64,000 nt of DNA, taken from contig CAWBGV010000026.1 in the NCBI GenBank assembly GCA_963788395.1, positions 137-64,136 on the forward strand, read 5' to 3'. Below the pieces are notes generated by a model. The model did not search any database. It worked only from the letters and a program-made list of their open reading frames with translations, and was not told where the DNA came from. Below, in pieces: positions 48,204-57,365 of this stretch (position 1 is the stretch's first letter; each line of letters begins with the position of its first letter). The position numbers and the translations under genes were made by a program. The stretch comes from Candidatus Doudnabacteria bacterium (GTDB lineage: Bacteria; Patescibacteriota; Doudnabacteria; UBA920).

Positions 48204-48838
48204 CAGCGGGTTAGACGAAAACGCGCCGTGGGATGGCAGTAATAATTCCTTTTTAAGCTATAATTCACTCGAATCGTATCCCGACAAGCGGCAATGGAAT
48301 GCGCCGTCGCCGGAGCAAAGTTGGATGGCCGATTTCCGGCCATTACCCCTTCCGGGAATCCGGCATATCAGGTTTCTGGTCTGTTCAACGGCATTACCGT
48401 AACGCCCGTTTCCGGTACGCAGAATGTCTATCAAATTACCAATCCAACAGTTATGATCGCAAGCACTTACCGACCATGGCTTGGGCCGGCCGTTATTATT
48501 TTAAAGATATCAGCGGTCCGATTCCCTGATTACCGACAACGACCCTTGGACTTATTGCGTGGCCGGATTATGCCGGCGAATGCCGCCGGGTTCGCAAGTT
48601 AACGATACTTTTGTTTCGGTGCCGGCTTACTCGATAGCGGAGGCTGGTGCTATACCAACAATTACGAATACAATGCGCCGTGTTTTGTTAATGCTGATCC
48701 GGAAGCCGGGTACGCCATTCAAGAGCAGGTCGATCCGCCGGATACTACCGGGATGCATGTCCGAAGGTTAACCCAGGCTTTTAAACAACCTGCTGGTGAA
48801 TTTTCCTACGCCAACTGGACGGCCAGTCCCGACGGGCA

Positions 48839-49570
48839 ATGGGCTTTTTGCTCGCCGCAGTGAACGACGGTTTGCGCAACGATTTCTTTGCCATGAAAAT
48901 TCCTCCGTGGCCGACATCGGATGGCATTGACCGCAGTACCTTTATTCCGACCCAGCTCAACTTAACGCCACCGCAAAACCAAGGGGTAGCTTCGGCGATT
49001 GTTGAATTTGGTTATGCGGAAAATGGCAGCCCGACGGATTACTACTGCACCACCCGACAGGAAGCCTGCGTGGCGGCTCAAACCTCGGATTATAAAAATT
49101 ATTATTTTGAGCAATCTGACAGTTATCAACCGGTTTCCTGCGTTAGCAGCTGTACCATAACGCTTCCGACTGTGCCGCAGCGGATGACGTACTATCAAGT
49201 TAAATATTTAGACGCTAACAATAATGTAGTAGCTGCCGAACAAGGGGTAGCCGATGAATTAGCCAGCGTGTCTTCGGCCGGAGCCGTAGTTTTACCAAGT
49301 CCCACTCCTACTCCGACCCCAACGCCCACTCCCACCCCGACCCCCACTCCCACGCCTTCTTCCACCCCAACGCCCACTCCCACACCGCCCACGCCTCCTT
49401 TGGGAGTAGTGTTTCCTTCAGCTGTCCCGGGCCTGCGGGCCGGTCTAACCATTCGCCAATTGGCCATGTGGATGGTATTAAACCCGATGGTACGGTTTAC
49501 GGTTGGGCTTTGGATCCCGACGTCCCCGGCCAGCCGGTGCCGATACTCTTTTATTTTGATGGCCAATTAA
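48839..49570 (+). CDS. fragment of the same giant gene (ends in a TP linker)
   Basis: …EFGYAENGSPTDYYCTTRQEACVAAQTSDYKNYYFEQSDSYQPVSCVSSCTITLPTVPQRMTYYQVKYLDANNNVVAAE… then (TP)n. 48204-48838 holds further short fragments in other frames. Confidence 0.5.
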   Translation: MGFLLAAVNDGLRNDFFAMKIPPWPTSDGIDRSTFIPTQLNLTPPQNQGVASAIVEFGYAENGSPTDYYCTTRQEACVAAQTSDYKNYYFEQSDSYQPVSCVSSCTITLPTVPQRMTYYQVKYLDANNNVVAAEQGVADELASVSSAGAVVLPSPTPTPTPTPTPTPTPTPTPSSTPTPTPTPPTPPLGVVFPSAVPGLRAGLTIRQLAMWMVLNPMVRFTVGLWIPTSPASRCRYSFILMAN

Positions 49571-50126
49571 ATGTTTCGGTGACTCCAATCCAATTGAGCG
49601 CATCGACAACTCGCAGTGATGTTGGGATCCACTCGTTCAATTTTCCGGTGCCGCCGCAGTACCGCGACGGCCAGCAGCATACGCTATATGTTTATGCGAT
49701 TGATTTAAACGATCCCGCCAGCTCGTTTAATAATCCTTTATTGGGCACTCCGCTGACTTTTACGCTAGGAACTTCTACTACTACTCCAACACCTACTCCT
49801 ACGCCGACGCCCACTCCTACTCCAACACCGACACCCACACCGACCCCGACGCCAACTCCTACGCCCACCCCAACAATTAGAGTTATAATTTCTCCGTCCA
49901 CCCCGACAGTTACCCAAGGTCAAACTCAACAGTTTACCGCCGCGGTCAGCGGTACAAGTGACCAGACTGTAACTTGGTCATTACCCCGCAAACAGGAACA
50001 ATTTCTTCTTCCGGCTTATATACTGCCCCGGCTACAGTTAACAGCTCAACAATTATAACCGTCACTGCGACTTCGGAGGTGACTTCCAGCGCTAACTCCA
50101 GCACATTCATTTATTTAAACCCTTAA
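49468..50126 (+). CDS. C-terminal fragment of the same giant gene: ~105-aa module, TP linker, Big_2-like module
   Basis: DGIKPDGTVYGWALDPDVPGQPVPILFYFDG…TTRSDVGIHSFNFPVPPQYRDGQQHTLYVYAIDLNDP…LLGTPLTFTL; (TP)n; …PTVTQGQTQQFTAAVSGTSDQTVTW… A last frame break lies near 49985 and the stop is at 50124-50126. Confidence 0.6.
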
Positions 50127-50135
50127 TCTTCGGCC

Positions 50136-51134
50136 ATGAGTAAAAAATTATATTTTTTACTAATCGTTTTGTTGGTGGTTGGGGGTATTAGCAGTCCTTC
50201 TTTCCACATAGGAGCCGTCGGCAGTAACCCGCCGGTCGGCTCTTTAGATAGTGTGGGCACTGATGGGACGATTACCGGCTGGGCCTGGATCCCGACAACA
50301 CTACTCAGCCCGTGACCGTGAATTTTTTTGTAGATGTTGTGCCGACCGCCACCGGCACGCCCGCGTTTAGCGCGACGGCTTCGGTGACTCGCACCGACGT
50401 TGGTGATCATGGATTTTCGGTCGCCATGCCAACCCAGTACCAAGACGGGAACCAGCACCAGCTGTATGCGTATGCCTTAGACCTAACCGATACATCGGGC
50501 GCCTCCAATACTGTTTTACCCGGGTCGCCAATCAGTTTTCAAATTACGGCCGGCCAAAATAATTCGGCTCCCACCCCAACTCCCACCAGCGATATCCCTA
50601 CCCCGGCCAATCGGGTTTTCCGGCGGCAGCATTTATTATTTTGCTCCCACGCCGACCCCGACTCCGGCGCCTACCGGCCAGTCCGCGTCGCCGACCACCA
50701 GCACCGGTTCGCTGTTAGCTTATCCCGGCGCCCCGCTGTATTCCAGTAACACTTTAGTGGCCGACGGCACGACCATCTATTTAATTTCCGATGGCTTAAA
50801 AATTCCATTTACTAATTGGAATGCCTTTGTTGGTTTGGGATATTCTTTATCTCATGTCATGAGAGGCGATACGTCCGGCTATCCCCAGGCGCCGGTCTAT
50901 ACTATTAGCACCGCGCGCGCCGAGCATCCCTGGGGCAGCTGGTTACTTAAGGGCAAGACGGTCTATTATACTACGGCCAATGGCCCAATTCCGGTGCCTT
51001 CGTGGAATGTGTTTTTGGCCAACGGCGGCCAAGCCCAATACATACTGCCTATGAATTCGTATGACTTGAGTATTTTATGGCGGCATCCTTCGCTGCCGCC
51101 TTTACAGTCTCATGATCCGCGCGCCATATACTAG
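50136..51134 (+). CDS. secreted protein with the ~105-aa module and a C-terminal twin repeat, 2 frame breaks
   Basis: MSKKLYFLLIVLLVVGG…GSLDSVGTDGTITGWAW(I/D)P…VNFFVDV…TRTDVGDHGFSVAMPTQYQDGNQHQLYAYALDLTD…LPGSPISFQI. ORF fragments are 50312-50749 and 50757-51134. Confidence 0.6.
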
Positions 51135-51140
51135 AGTTTT

Positions 51141-51749
51141 TTATTTCCAGAGCACCGCCCTACAAGGCGCGCCGTCACCACCTTCAATTTTCAGCGGCAA
51201 AATCGCGCCTTGGTATAAGCCGGCTTTAACTTTTTGTAAATTCAGCCCTTCGACAATTACGATATTATTTTTTAATAAAATTTTATGGACAGGGTGTCCG
51301 GGCGCGCTTTTAGCTTCTATGCCAAAATAGTCTATGCCTACTAAGGCGATTTTTTTTTGGACTAAAAACTCTGCCGCTTCTAAAGACAAACTAACGTAAG
51401 CCGGGTCAAACTTAGCGCCGCTGACGATATTGGAGTTAATGGTTTTAAACAGTATCCTGTCGTCCTTGCCAATAGGTGTGTTTTTTATATCCTGGACAGA
51501 AATCAGGCCGCGGGACCGGACGGCCAGAACTTTATAATTTCCAATCAAGCGGTCCAGAGGAATTTTATCGACGCTGCTTTTGGCAAACAGAAAATGCTTG
51601 GGCGCGTCTATGTGGGTGCCAAAGTGGCTGGACAGGGTCAATTTGGAGACAATAGCCGTGCCTTGTTTTTCCTGGCGCTGATACTTAGTATCGCCGGGCC
51701 ATTCCGGGGTTTGTTCGGACAGTGGCAAGGTGATGTCGTAATAGGTCAT
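51141..51749 (-). CDS. cyclase-family metal hydrolase (kynurenine formamidase-like fold)
   Basis: …LSSHFGTHIDAPKHF… (HxGTHxDxPxH) and …VGIDYFGIE… Its start overlaps the stop of the upstream GT4 gene (ATGA at 51746-51749). Confidence 0.85.
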   Translation of the reverse strand: MTYYDITLPLSEQTPEWPGDTKYQRQEKQGTAIVSKLTLSSHFGTHIDAPKHFLFAKSSVDKIPLDRLIGNYKVLAVRSRGLISVQDIKNTPIGKDDRILFKTINSNIVSGAKFDPAYVSLSLEAAEFLVQKKIALVGIDYFGIEAKSAPGHPVHKILLKNNIVIVEGLNLQKVKAGLYQGAILPLKIEGGDGAPCRAVLWK

Positions 51750-52889
51750 AGTGGCTTTCTTTTTAATATATTAGAGTAGTATTTTAAATATTGTTTAACA
51801 ATTTTTTTTGCCGAAAATAAAGCTTGGGCCTGCCTGGCCGCCTCCCGGCCCATCCGGTCGCGCAAAGTTTTGTTGGTTATAAGCTGCTGAGCGTATTCGG
51901 CTGCCTGGGACCAGATGATTCGGCTGGTACAAAAAGCCGCTGCGCTTGTTAGCCACAACCTCTACAATACCTCCTGCCGCCGGCGCCACTACTGGTTTGC
52001 CATAACTCATGACTTCCAGAATGCCCATACCGAAACTTTCGGTTTGGGAAGTGTAGAGGCCAAAATCGGCCGCGGTAATGTAGTTTTCAATATCCCGAAT
52101 GTTTTGTTTGACGATCAGAGTTTGGGTGAGTTTCAGTTTTTTGACCAGAGGCAGATAGGGTTTGAATTCTCCGCCGCCCAAAATCAGCAACTTAAATTCC
52201 GGCGATTTTAATTTGGCGGCAATCTGGAGTAAGTCCGGAATCCGTTTCACCGGCCGTAAATTGGATAAATGGATGGCCACCACTGCGTTTGGTTTGAGGT
52301 GCAATTTATGCCGGACATTCCTGCGGCTGTGATTGGGGCGTTTGGGATTATAAAAATCGTAAATAACTTCAATGGGTTTTTTGCTGGCTAAGACTTTGCA
52401 GGTCTCTTGTTTTAGACTATGAGAGACAGCGGTGACGCCGTCGGATTGCTCAATAGAATATTTGATTATATCGTAGAGGTTGGGGTCGCGGGCCAGCAGG
52501 GTAATATCGGTGCCGTGCAGCGTGGTAATAATTTTTGGCGGTTTAATTTGGTAATTGACGATCATCTGCCTGGCCAGAAGCGCGGCGGTGGCATGAGGCA
52601 CGGCGTAGTGAACGTGTAACACATCCAAGTGATAAGCTTCGTGTACGGCGCCAATCATGACCGCCAGAGGCAAAGTGTAGTCGGGATACTTGAATAATTC
52701 GTAGGTGTTAATATTAACTTTATGGAAAAAAATATTTGGTTCCGTGCCGTCCAGTTTAAACGGCTCTTCGTAACTAATAAAATGCACCTGGTGTCCCCGT
52801 GCCGCCAGTTCGTGGCCAAGATTGGTAGCCACCACGCCGCTGCCGCCCACCGAAGGGTAGCAGACAATACCGATTGAGAGTTGTTTCAT
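51746..52889 (-). CDS. bshA: GT4 glycosyltransferase, BshA-like; frameshift ~51935
   Basis: MKQLSIGIVCYPSVGGSGVVATNLGHELAARGHQVHFIS…VLHVHYAVPHA…TTLHGTDITL…ESFGMGILEVMSYGKPVV… closely follows the BshA N-terminal pattern. The C-terminus (…AAEYAQQLITNKTLRDRMGREA…IVKQYLKYY) lies in the frame of ORF 51746-51958. Confidence 0.7.
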
Positions 52890-52896
52890 AATTATA

Positions 52897-52937
52897 GTGA
52901 ATAGCGAATAGAACTGCAGCACTATTGCCTATTCGCT
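52897..52937. repeat. family-A hairpin repeat, copy 3
   Basis: agtgaatagcgaatag aactgcag cactattgcctattcgct, between the bshA-like start and the upstream gene stop. Confidence 0.75.
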
Positions 52938-53708
52938 CTAATAATCCATCCGCGCTTCGCCCGGCTTCTCCACTTCTTCTCTATCTACAAACGTTACCTC
53001 CGGAAAATCCTGGGTTTTTAAATAAGCTTTTTCGCCTTCGCCGTATATATAGTGGGTGCAGTGGATGACGGATTGCATCCAGGCAAAGCGCTGGTCGCGG
53101 CCGGCATTTTTTTGGCGTTTTTCCACCGGCTGGTCAGGAAGATGAAGGTATTTTTCGCCGCCCTCGTGCAGACTAAAGCCATTCGGTTCTTTTTTAGCTC
53201 GCACAATCTCGGATTGAAAGATAATATCGGCGTAGTAGTCTTTTGGCAAGTCGGATGTTTGCTGGCGGAAGTCAGGGTCACCGGAGCGGATAACAGTTAT
53301 ATCGTCCAATAAGCCTAAACGATTATACATATTCAGGCAAAAATCGGCTACCGTTTTTTGGTCAATGGAAGCGAATAAATCCATTATTGGTTGGTCGACG
53401 AATCTGGGCAGTTGTTTGAGGATTTCCTGTTGCCAGCCAGCCGGGATGCGTTTAGCGTACAGGGGGGAAAACTTTTTTTGAATTTTGTTTTCCTGCAAAA
53501 AATTCAATCGGACTTCCGCGCCAGTCTGCCGGTCGTGAAAGACGGTGATGGTCTCGCGGTAGTCGGCGTCGCTGTCGTGGAAGAAATAAACTATGTTGCC
53601 GCCAATCTGTTGCTGGAGTTTTTTGGCAGTCCGAATTTTGGCTACAAAAAAATTCTTGGGGAAAAACCCGTTGGGTTGCTGGCCAAAACAAATAATCGCT
53701 TCAGGCAT
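52938..53708 (-). CDS. hypothetical protein resembling the N-terminal catalytic domain of BshC (half size)
   Basis: IICFGQQPNGFFPKNFFVAKIRTAKKLQQQIGGNIVYFFHDSDADYRE parallels the BshC segment VVGGQQAGLLTGPLYTIHKI…LAKQ…IFWVAGEDHDLDE. It is only 256 aa, against ~540 for BshC. Confidence 0.45.
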   Translation of the reverse strand: MPEAIICFGQQPNGFFPKNFFVAKIRTAKKLQQQIGGNIVYFFHDSDADYRETITVFHDRQTGAEVRLNFLQENKIQKKFSPLYAKRIPAGWQQEILKQLPRFVDQPIMDLFASIDQKTVADFCLNMYNRLGLLDDITVIRSGDPDFRQQTSDLPKDYYADIIFQSEIVRAKKEPNGFSLHEGGEKYLHLPDQPVEKRQKNAGRDQRFAWMQSVIHCTHYIYGEGEKAYLKTQDFPEVTFVDREEVEKPGEARMDY

Positions 53709-53785
53709 AAGGGTATTTTAGCATCTTCCGGCCCTGCCGGGCAATGCATTTACAAACACCGCCACTTTATATATTCTAAATATAT

Positions 53786-54109
53786 ATGACTTTATTTACT
53801 GATAGTTTGATTGGGGTTGTTGCATTACTCATAATAATCGGCCTATATTTAGGCCGAAGCAGGGGATGGCTGGGTTCTACCAACCTGCTTAGCCCCGGCC
53901 AAATCGTTAGGCGACGGAAAAATTTGGACAAAATTTTAGCTTTGGCCCAAAAGCGCTCGCGGATTACGGTTATTGATGTCCGTCGGGACTTGAAGTTTTC
54001 CGAAGCCGACACTCTTCGCTATTTGGAATATCTCGTCAATCTTAACAAACTTCTACGCGTCAATGAACGCGGCCAAGCAGCATTTTACCAACTACCCAAA
54101 AGCTATTAA
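53786..54109 (+). CDS. small membrane-anchored winged-helix protein
   Basis: TM LIGVVALLIIIGLYL, then …ITVIDVRRDLKFSEADTLRYLEYLVNLNKLLRV…, which is wHTH-like. Confidence 0.5.
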   Translation: MTLFTDSLIGVVALLIIIGLYLGRSRGWLGSTNLLSPGQIVRRRKNLDKILALAQKRSRITVIDVRRDLKFSEADTLRYLEYLVNLNKLLRVNERGQAAFYQLPKSY

Positions 54110-54156
54110 CCCCTGGCCAAAATCCGTATTTCCGTTTATACTATGGGCAGATTCAT

Positions 54157-55764
54157 ATGCCAAATGAAACTCGTGTCAATTTAAAGCACCTGCTGGAAGA
54201 CATCCGCGATTCTTATACTTCTCCTTTGGAAGAGGTAATTTTGACGGAACTGGTGGCCAATGCTTTGGATGGTAAAGCATTTAACATCAATTTTATTGTT
54301 GATGGCGGCAAAAAGTGCCTGAGCTGCGTGGATGATGGCGGCGGCATGAAACGCTCAGTATTGAAGAACTATCATAACATTGCCGCCTCAACTAAAACGC
54401 GGGGCAGCGGCATTGGGTTCGCGGGGGTCGGCGCCAAGCTTTCGCTGTTGATTGCCGAAAGAGTTGTGACCGAGAGCCGGGGCGGCCATGGTTCACAGGC
54501 GGCTACGGAATGGAGTATGACTACGCCGTATCGGGCGCCGTGGAAGTTTACGCCGTTCACCGGCGGGGTAACCGGTCCGCGCGGCACGGCGGTGACTATT
54601 TATTTTTCCGACGATCAATCGCATTTGCTCAAAGCGGAATTTGTTGAGCGGACGATTGTTAAACATTTTTATCCGCTGCTTGCCAACCGGTTTTATCGGG
54701 AATTTTTAAAATATTTCTACAGGAAGCCGGTAACATTTTCCGTCAACGGGCGGCAGCTGGTTTTGCCGGAAGACAAGCAGGAAGCCTTGCAGCACTGGTT
54801 CCCCGTCACTGTGGGCAAGAGCCGCCATCCGGCGGGCGCGGGGTTTTTAATGAAGACCGGCCACGAATCCGGTTGGCTGCAAAAAATGCTGGGAGAAGAT
54901 AATTTTATCGCGTCGCTGCCCGCGGGGCTGTGGATTTCGACTTACGGCAAAGTCATTAAAGGCGGCTGGGAATGGTTGGGGGTTTTGCCTAAGCACGCTG
55001 GCAGCCTGACCGGCTTGGTGGAGATTCCCGCGCTTGCTGAAATTTTGACTACCAATAAAAATGATTTCTTAAGCGACGCCTACAGCCTGAAAAAATATTA
55101 CCAGTTCCGCAAAGCCATCCAGGAAGCAGTGCTGCCCATTTTGCGGGAGCTGGGCGAGGACCAGCCGGCACTGCACGAGGCGCCGGAAAAATTATTAAAA
55201 CCACTCAGCCAGACGGTAACCGGCGCGCTGGGGCAATTGGTGGGAGATTTTCCCGAGCTGGAAAGTTTAATCAATGTCCGGCGGACGCAAACAGCCGGAG
55301 TGGCCCGCAAAGAAAAAATTACGGACAATAAATTTGAGCAAATTCCCACGGCGATTGCGGAAGATAATGCCGAATACAAAGCAAATCCTGATCAAGTAAA
55401 GGAACCCGAGCCATCTTTGGGCATTAAACCGCCACCCATACCTACCGGTCTGGCCGACGAAACTAAATCCAAAACTGTTAAAGCCAAAACCTCCGGCCTT
55501 AAATTGCAGCTGGCCGACATTTCCGATGCTCCCGAATTGCCGCTGGGGCGAATAGTTGAAGACACGCTGACTATTAATACAGCCCACCCGGCTTGGCGCA
55601 AAGCTAAGCAAAAGGGCTTGGAAGAGTATCATGTTATCATTACAGTAGCCGCTGTGCTTTCCCATTTTTTGGAACACGAAAAGAATCCCCAGGATTTTTT
55701 AAATCGTTTGCTAGTGGCCTGGGCTCATGAGTCGGAAGAGGCGAAAAGGGGAACATTGTTTTGA
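54157..55764 (+). CDS. GHKL-superfamily ATPase (HATPase_c_3 / MORC-like) with an uncharacterised C-terminal half
   Basis: Bergerat-fold boxes: N-box ILTELVANALDG, G1 VDDGGGM, G2 TRGSGIGFAGVGAKL. The ~300-aa C-terminal region includes …LTINTAHPAW…. Confidence 0.8.
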   Translation: MPNETRVNLKHLLEDIRDSYTSPLEEVILTELVANALDGKAFNINFIVDGGKKCLSCVDDGGGMKRSVLKNYHNIAASTKTRGSGIGFAGVGAKLSLLIAERVVTESRGGHGSQAATEWSMTTPYRAPWKFTPFTGGVTGPRGTAVTIYFSDDQSHLLKAEFVERTIVKHFYPLLANRFYREFLKYFYRKPVTFSVNGRQLVLPEDKQEALQHWFPVTVGKSRHPAGAGFLMKTGHESGWLQKMLGEDNFIASLPAGLWISTYGKVIKGGWEWLGVLPKHAGSLTGLVEIPALAEILTTNKNDFLSDAYSLKKYYQFRKAIQEAVLPILRELGEDQPALHEAPEKLLKPLSQTVTGALGQLVGDFPELESLINVRRTQTAGVARKEKITDNKFEQIPTAIAEDNAEYKANPDQVKEPEPSLGIKPPPIPTGLADETKSKTVKAKTSGLKLQLADISDAPELPLGRIVEDTLTINTAHPAWRKAKQKGLEEYHVIITVAAVLSHFLEHEKNPQDFLNRLLVAWAHESEEAKRGTLF

Positions 55765-55775
55765 ACTTAAGATAA

Positions 55776-56084
55776 TATGAATTATTTTTAACGCGACGGC
55801 CCAGGAGCGATTATAAAAATGCCGATGGTGCTATTTCGGATTTTTATCCTGACTTTATTGTAAAACTTTCGGCAAAGGAAATTTGGATTGTTGAAACCAA
55901 AGGCCGTGAGGACTTGGACGACCCGTTAAAAATCGCACGTCTTGCCCAGTGGTGCGATGACATAAACCAAGCCCAAACCAAAACCAAATTCGGCTGGTTG
56001 TATGTTAAGCAGGAAGACTTTGAAAAATATAGGCCGAAGGATTTTAAAGAGTTGATTAAAGTTTTTTCAAAGGTAAACCCCTAA
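55776..56084 (+). pseudogene. 3' remnant of a restriction-endonuclease-like (PD-(D/E)xK) / Res-type gene
   Basis: Open frame without a start codon: …DGAISDFYPDFIVKLSAKEIWIVETKGREDLDDPLKIARLAQWCDDIN…WLYVKQEDFEKY…* (D…ExK core). Its 5' edge abuts gataatatgaattatt, which resembles a family-B repeat arm. Confidence 0.5.
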
Positions 56085-56103
56085 CATAATTTATTATAAA
56101 TTT

Positions 56104-57357
56104 ATGCAAGAAAATACGATTACAATCGCTTGCCCTAATTGCGGTAAAACAATTTCGCTGGATGATGCCTTAACCCATAAGATAGAAGAAAAGTTTAAAG
56201 GCAAATACGAACAGGAAGCAAGACAGAAAGATTTGGAATTGGCCGCACGAGAGGCCGATATAAAAAAACAGGAATTGGATATAGAGAAACAAAAAACCTC
56301 TATCGAGTTAAAAGTTGCAGAACAGGTTAAGCAAGAAACACGAAAAATAGAGACAGCCGCTAAAATTAAAGCGAGCGAGGAACTCTCTGGCGAGTTGAAT
56401 CTGCTTAAGGAAGAATTAAAAGACAAAAATACCAAGTTAGGTGAGGCACAAAAAGCGGAATTGGAATTGCGGAAAGAAAGGGCGAAACTTGAGTCGGACA
56501 AACAGGCTTTTGAAATTGAAGTTCAACGTAAATTGGACGGAGAGCGTAATAAAATAAAATCCGATGCCGTCGATGAATACGAAAAGTTACACCATTTTAA
56601 GGATGCTGAAAAAGACACTAAAATTAGTAGTCTAAGTAAAACTATTGAAGAATTAAACAGGAAATTATTACAAGGTTCCCAACAGACCCAAGGGGAAGTA
56701 TTGGAATTAGAGTTGGAAGCACTATTAAAGACAAATTTTGTTTACGACGAAATTAGTCCTGTTGCAAAAGGTGTAAGTGGAGCGGATGTAATTCAAAAAG
56801 TTAAAGATAATTTCGGCAGGGATTGTGGAATAATTGTTTGGGAATCTAAACATACCAAGAACTGGAGCGACGGTTGGATACCAAAATTAAAAGACGACCA
56901 GAGAACGGTAAAAGCCGAAACAGCCGTATTGGTTTCGCAGTCCTTACCATCAGATGTTAAAACTTTTGCCCAGTTGGACGGCGTGTGGGTAACGAATTTT
57001 GACTGCTGTATACCAGTAGCCTCTGTTTTGCGTTCCGCTCTAATACAGCTTTCGGCGACCAAGATGTCTGTGGTCGGCAAAAACGAAAAGATGGAAGTTA
57101 TATATAACTACCTATGTGGCACAGAATTTAAACAGAAAATTGAGGCTATTGTTGAGGCTTTCGTTTCAATGAAGCAGGATTTAGACGGCGAAAAAAGAGC
57201 TACCGAAAGACTATGGGCAAAAAGAGAAAAGCAAATTGAAAGAGTGGTTAATAACACTAGCCAAATGTACGGAGACTTGCAAGGGTTAATCGGGAATTCA
57301 ATGCCAAGTATTGCGGCTTTAGATATTCCAGCATTAGAAGAGCCGAAAAAATCATAA
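56104..57357 (+). CDS. DUF2130-type protein (zinc ribbon, long coiled coil, nuclease-like C-terminal domain)
   Basis: CPNCGK…, ~200 aa K/E-rich coiled coil, then …GSQQTQGEVLELELEALL…GADVIQKV…GIIVWESKHTKNWSDGWIPKLKDD…. Confidence 0.8.
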   Translation: MQENTITIACPNCGKTISLDDALTHKIEEKFKGKYEQEARQKDLELAAREADIKKQELDIEKQKTSIELKVAEQVKQETRKIETAAKIKASEELSGELNLLKEELKDKNTKLGEAQKAELELRKERAKLESDKQAFEIEVQRKLDGERNKIKSDAVDEYEKLHHFKDAEKDTKISSLSKTIEELNRKLLQGSQQTQGEVLELELEALLKTNFVYDEISPVAKGVSGADVIQKVKDNFGRDCGIIVWESKHTKNWSDGWIPKLKDDQRTVKAETAVLVSQSLPSDVKTFAQLDGVWVTNFDCCIPVASVLRSALIQLSATKMSVVGKNEKMEVIYNYLCGTEFKQKIEAIVEAFVSMKQDLDGEKRATERLWAKREKQIERVVNNTSQMYGDLQGLIGNSMPSIAALDIPALEEPKKS

Positions 57358-57365
57358 GGCAGAAG

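Noticed and set aside
39180-49880. Periodic short repeats considered as a possible CRISPR array
   Set aside because: The periodicity is 6 nt (ACNCCN, TP codons) inside coding sequence. There are no 25-40-nt repeats with unique spacers. Family-A and family-B repeats are palindromic singletons, not arrays. No cas genes are present.
39879-49901. Short minus-strand ORFs encoding (GV)n peptides (e.g. 39879-40073, 43070-43291, 44375-44626, 49692-49901)
   Set aside because: They are the antisense of the (Thr-Pro)n linker-coding DNA. They have no independent start or RBS context and always coincide with the linkers.
51141-51749. 'Cyclase family protein' as a nucleotide cyclase of a CBASS/Pycsar-like signalling system
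   Set aside because: The HxGTHxDxPxH motif marks the kynurenine-formamidase/polyketide-cyclase hydrolase fold, not a nucleotidyl cyclase. No effector or CD-NTase genes are adjacent.
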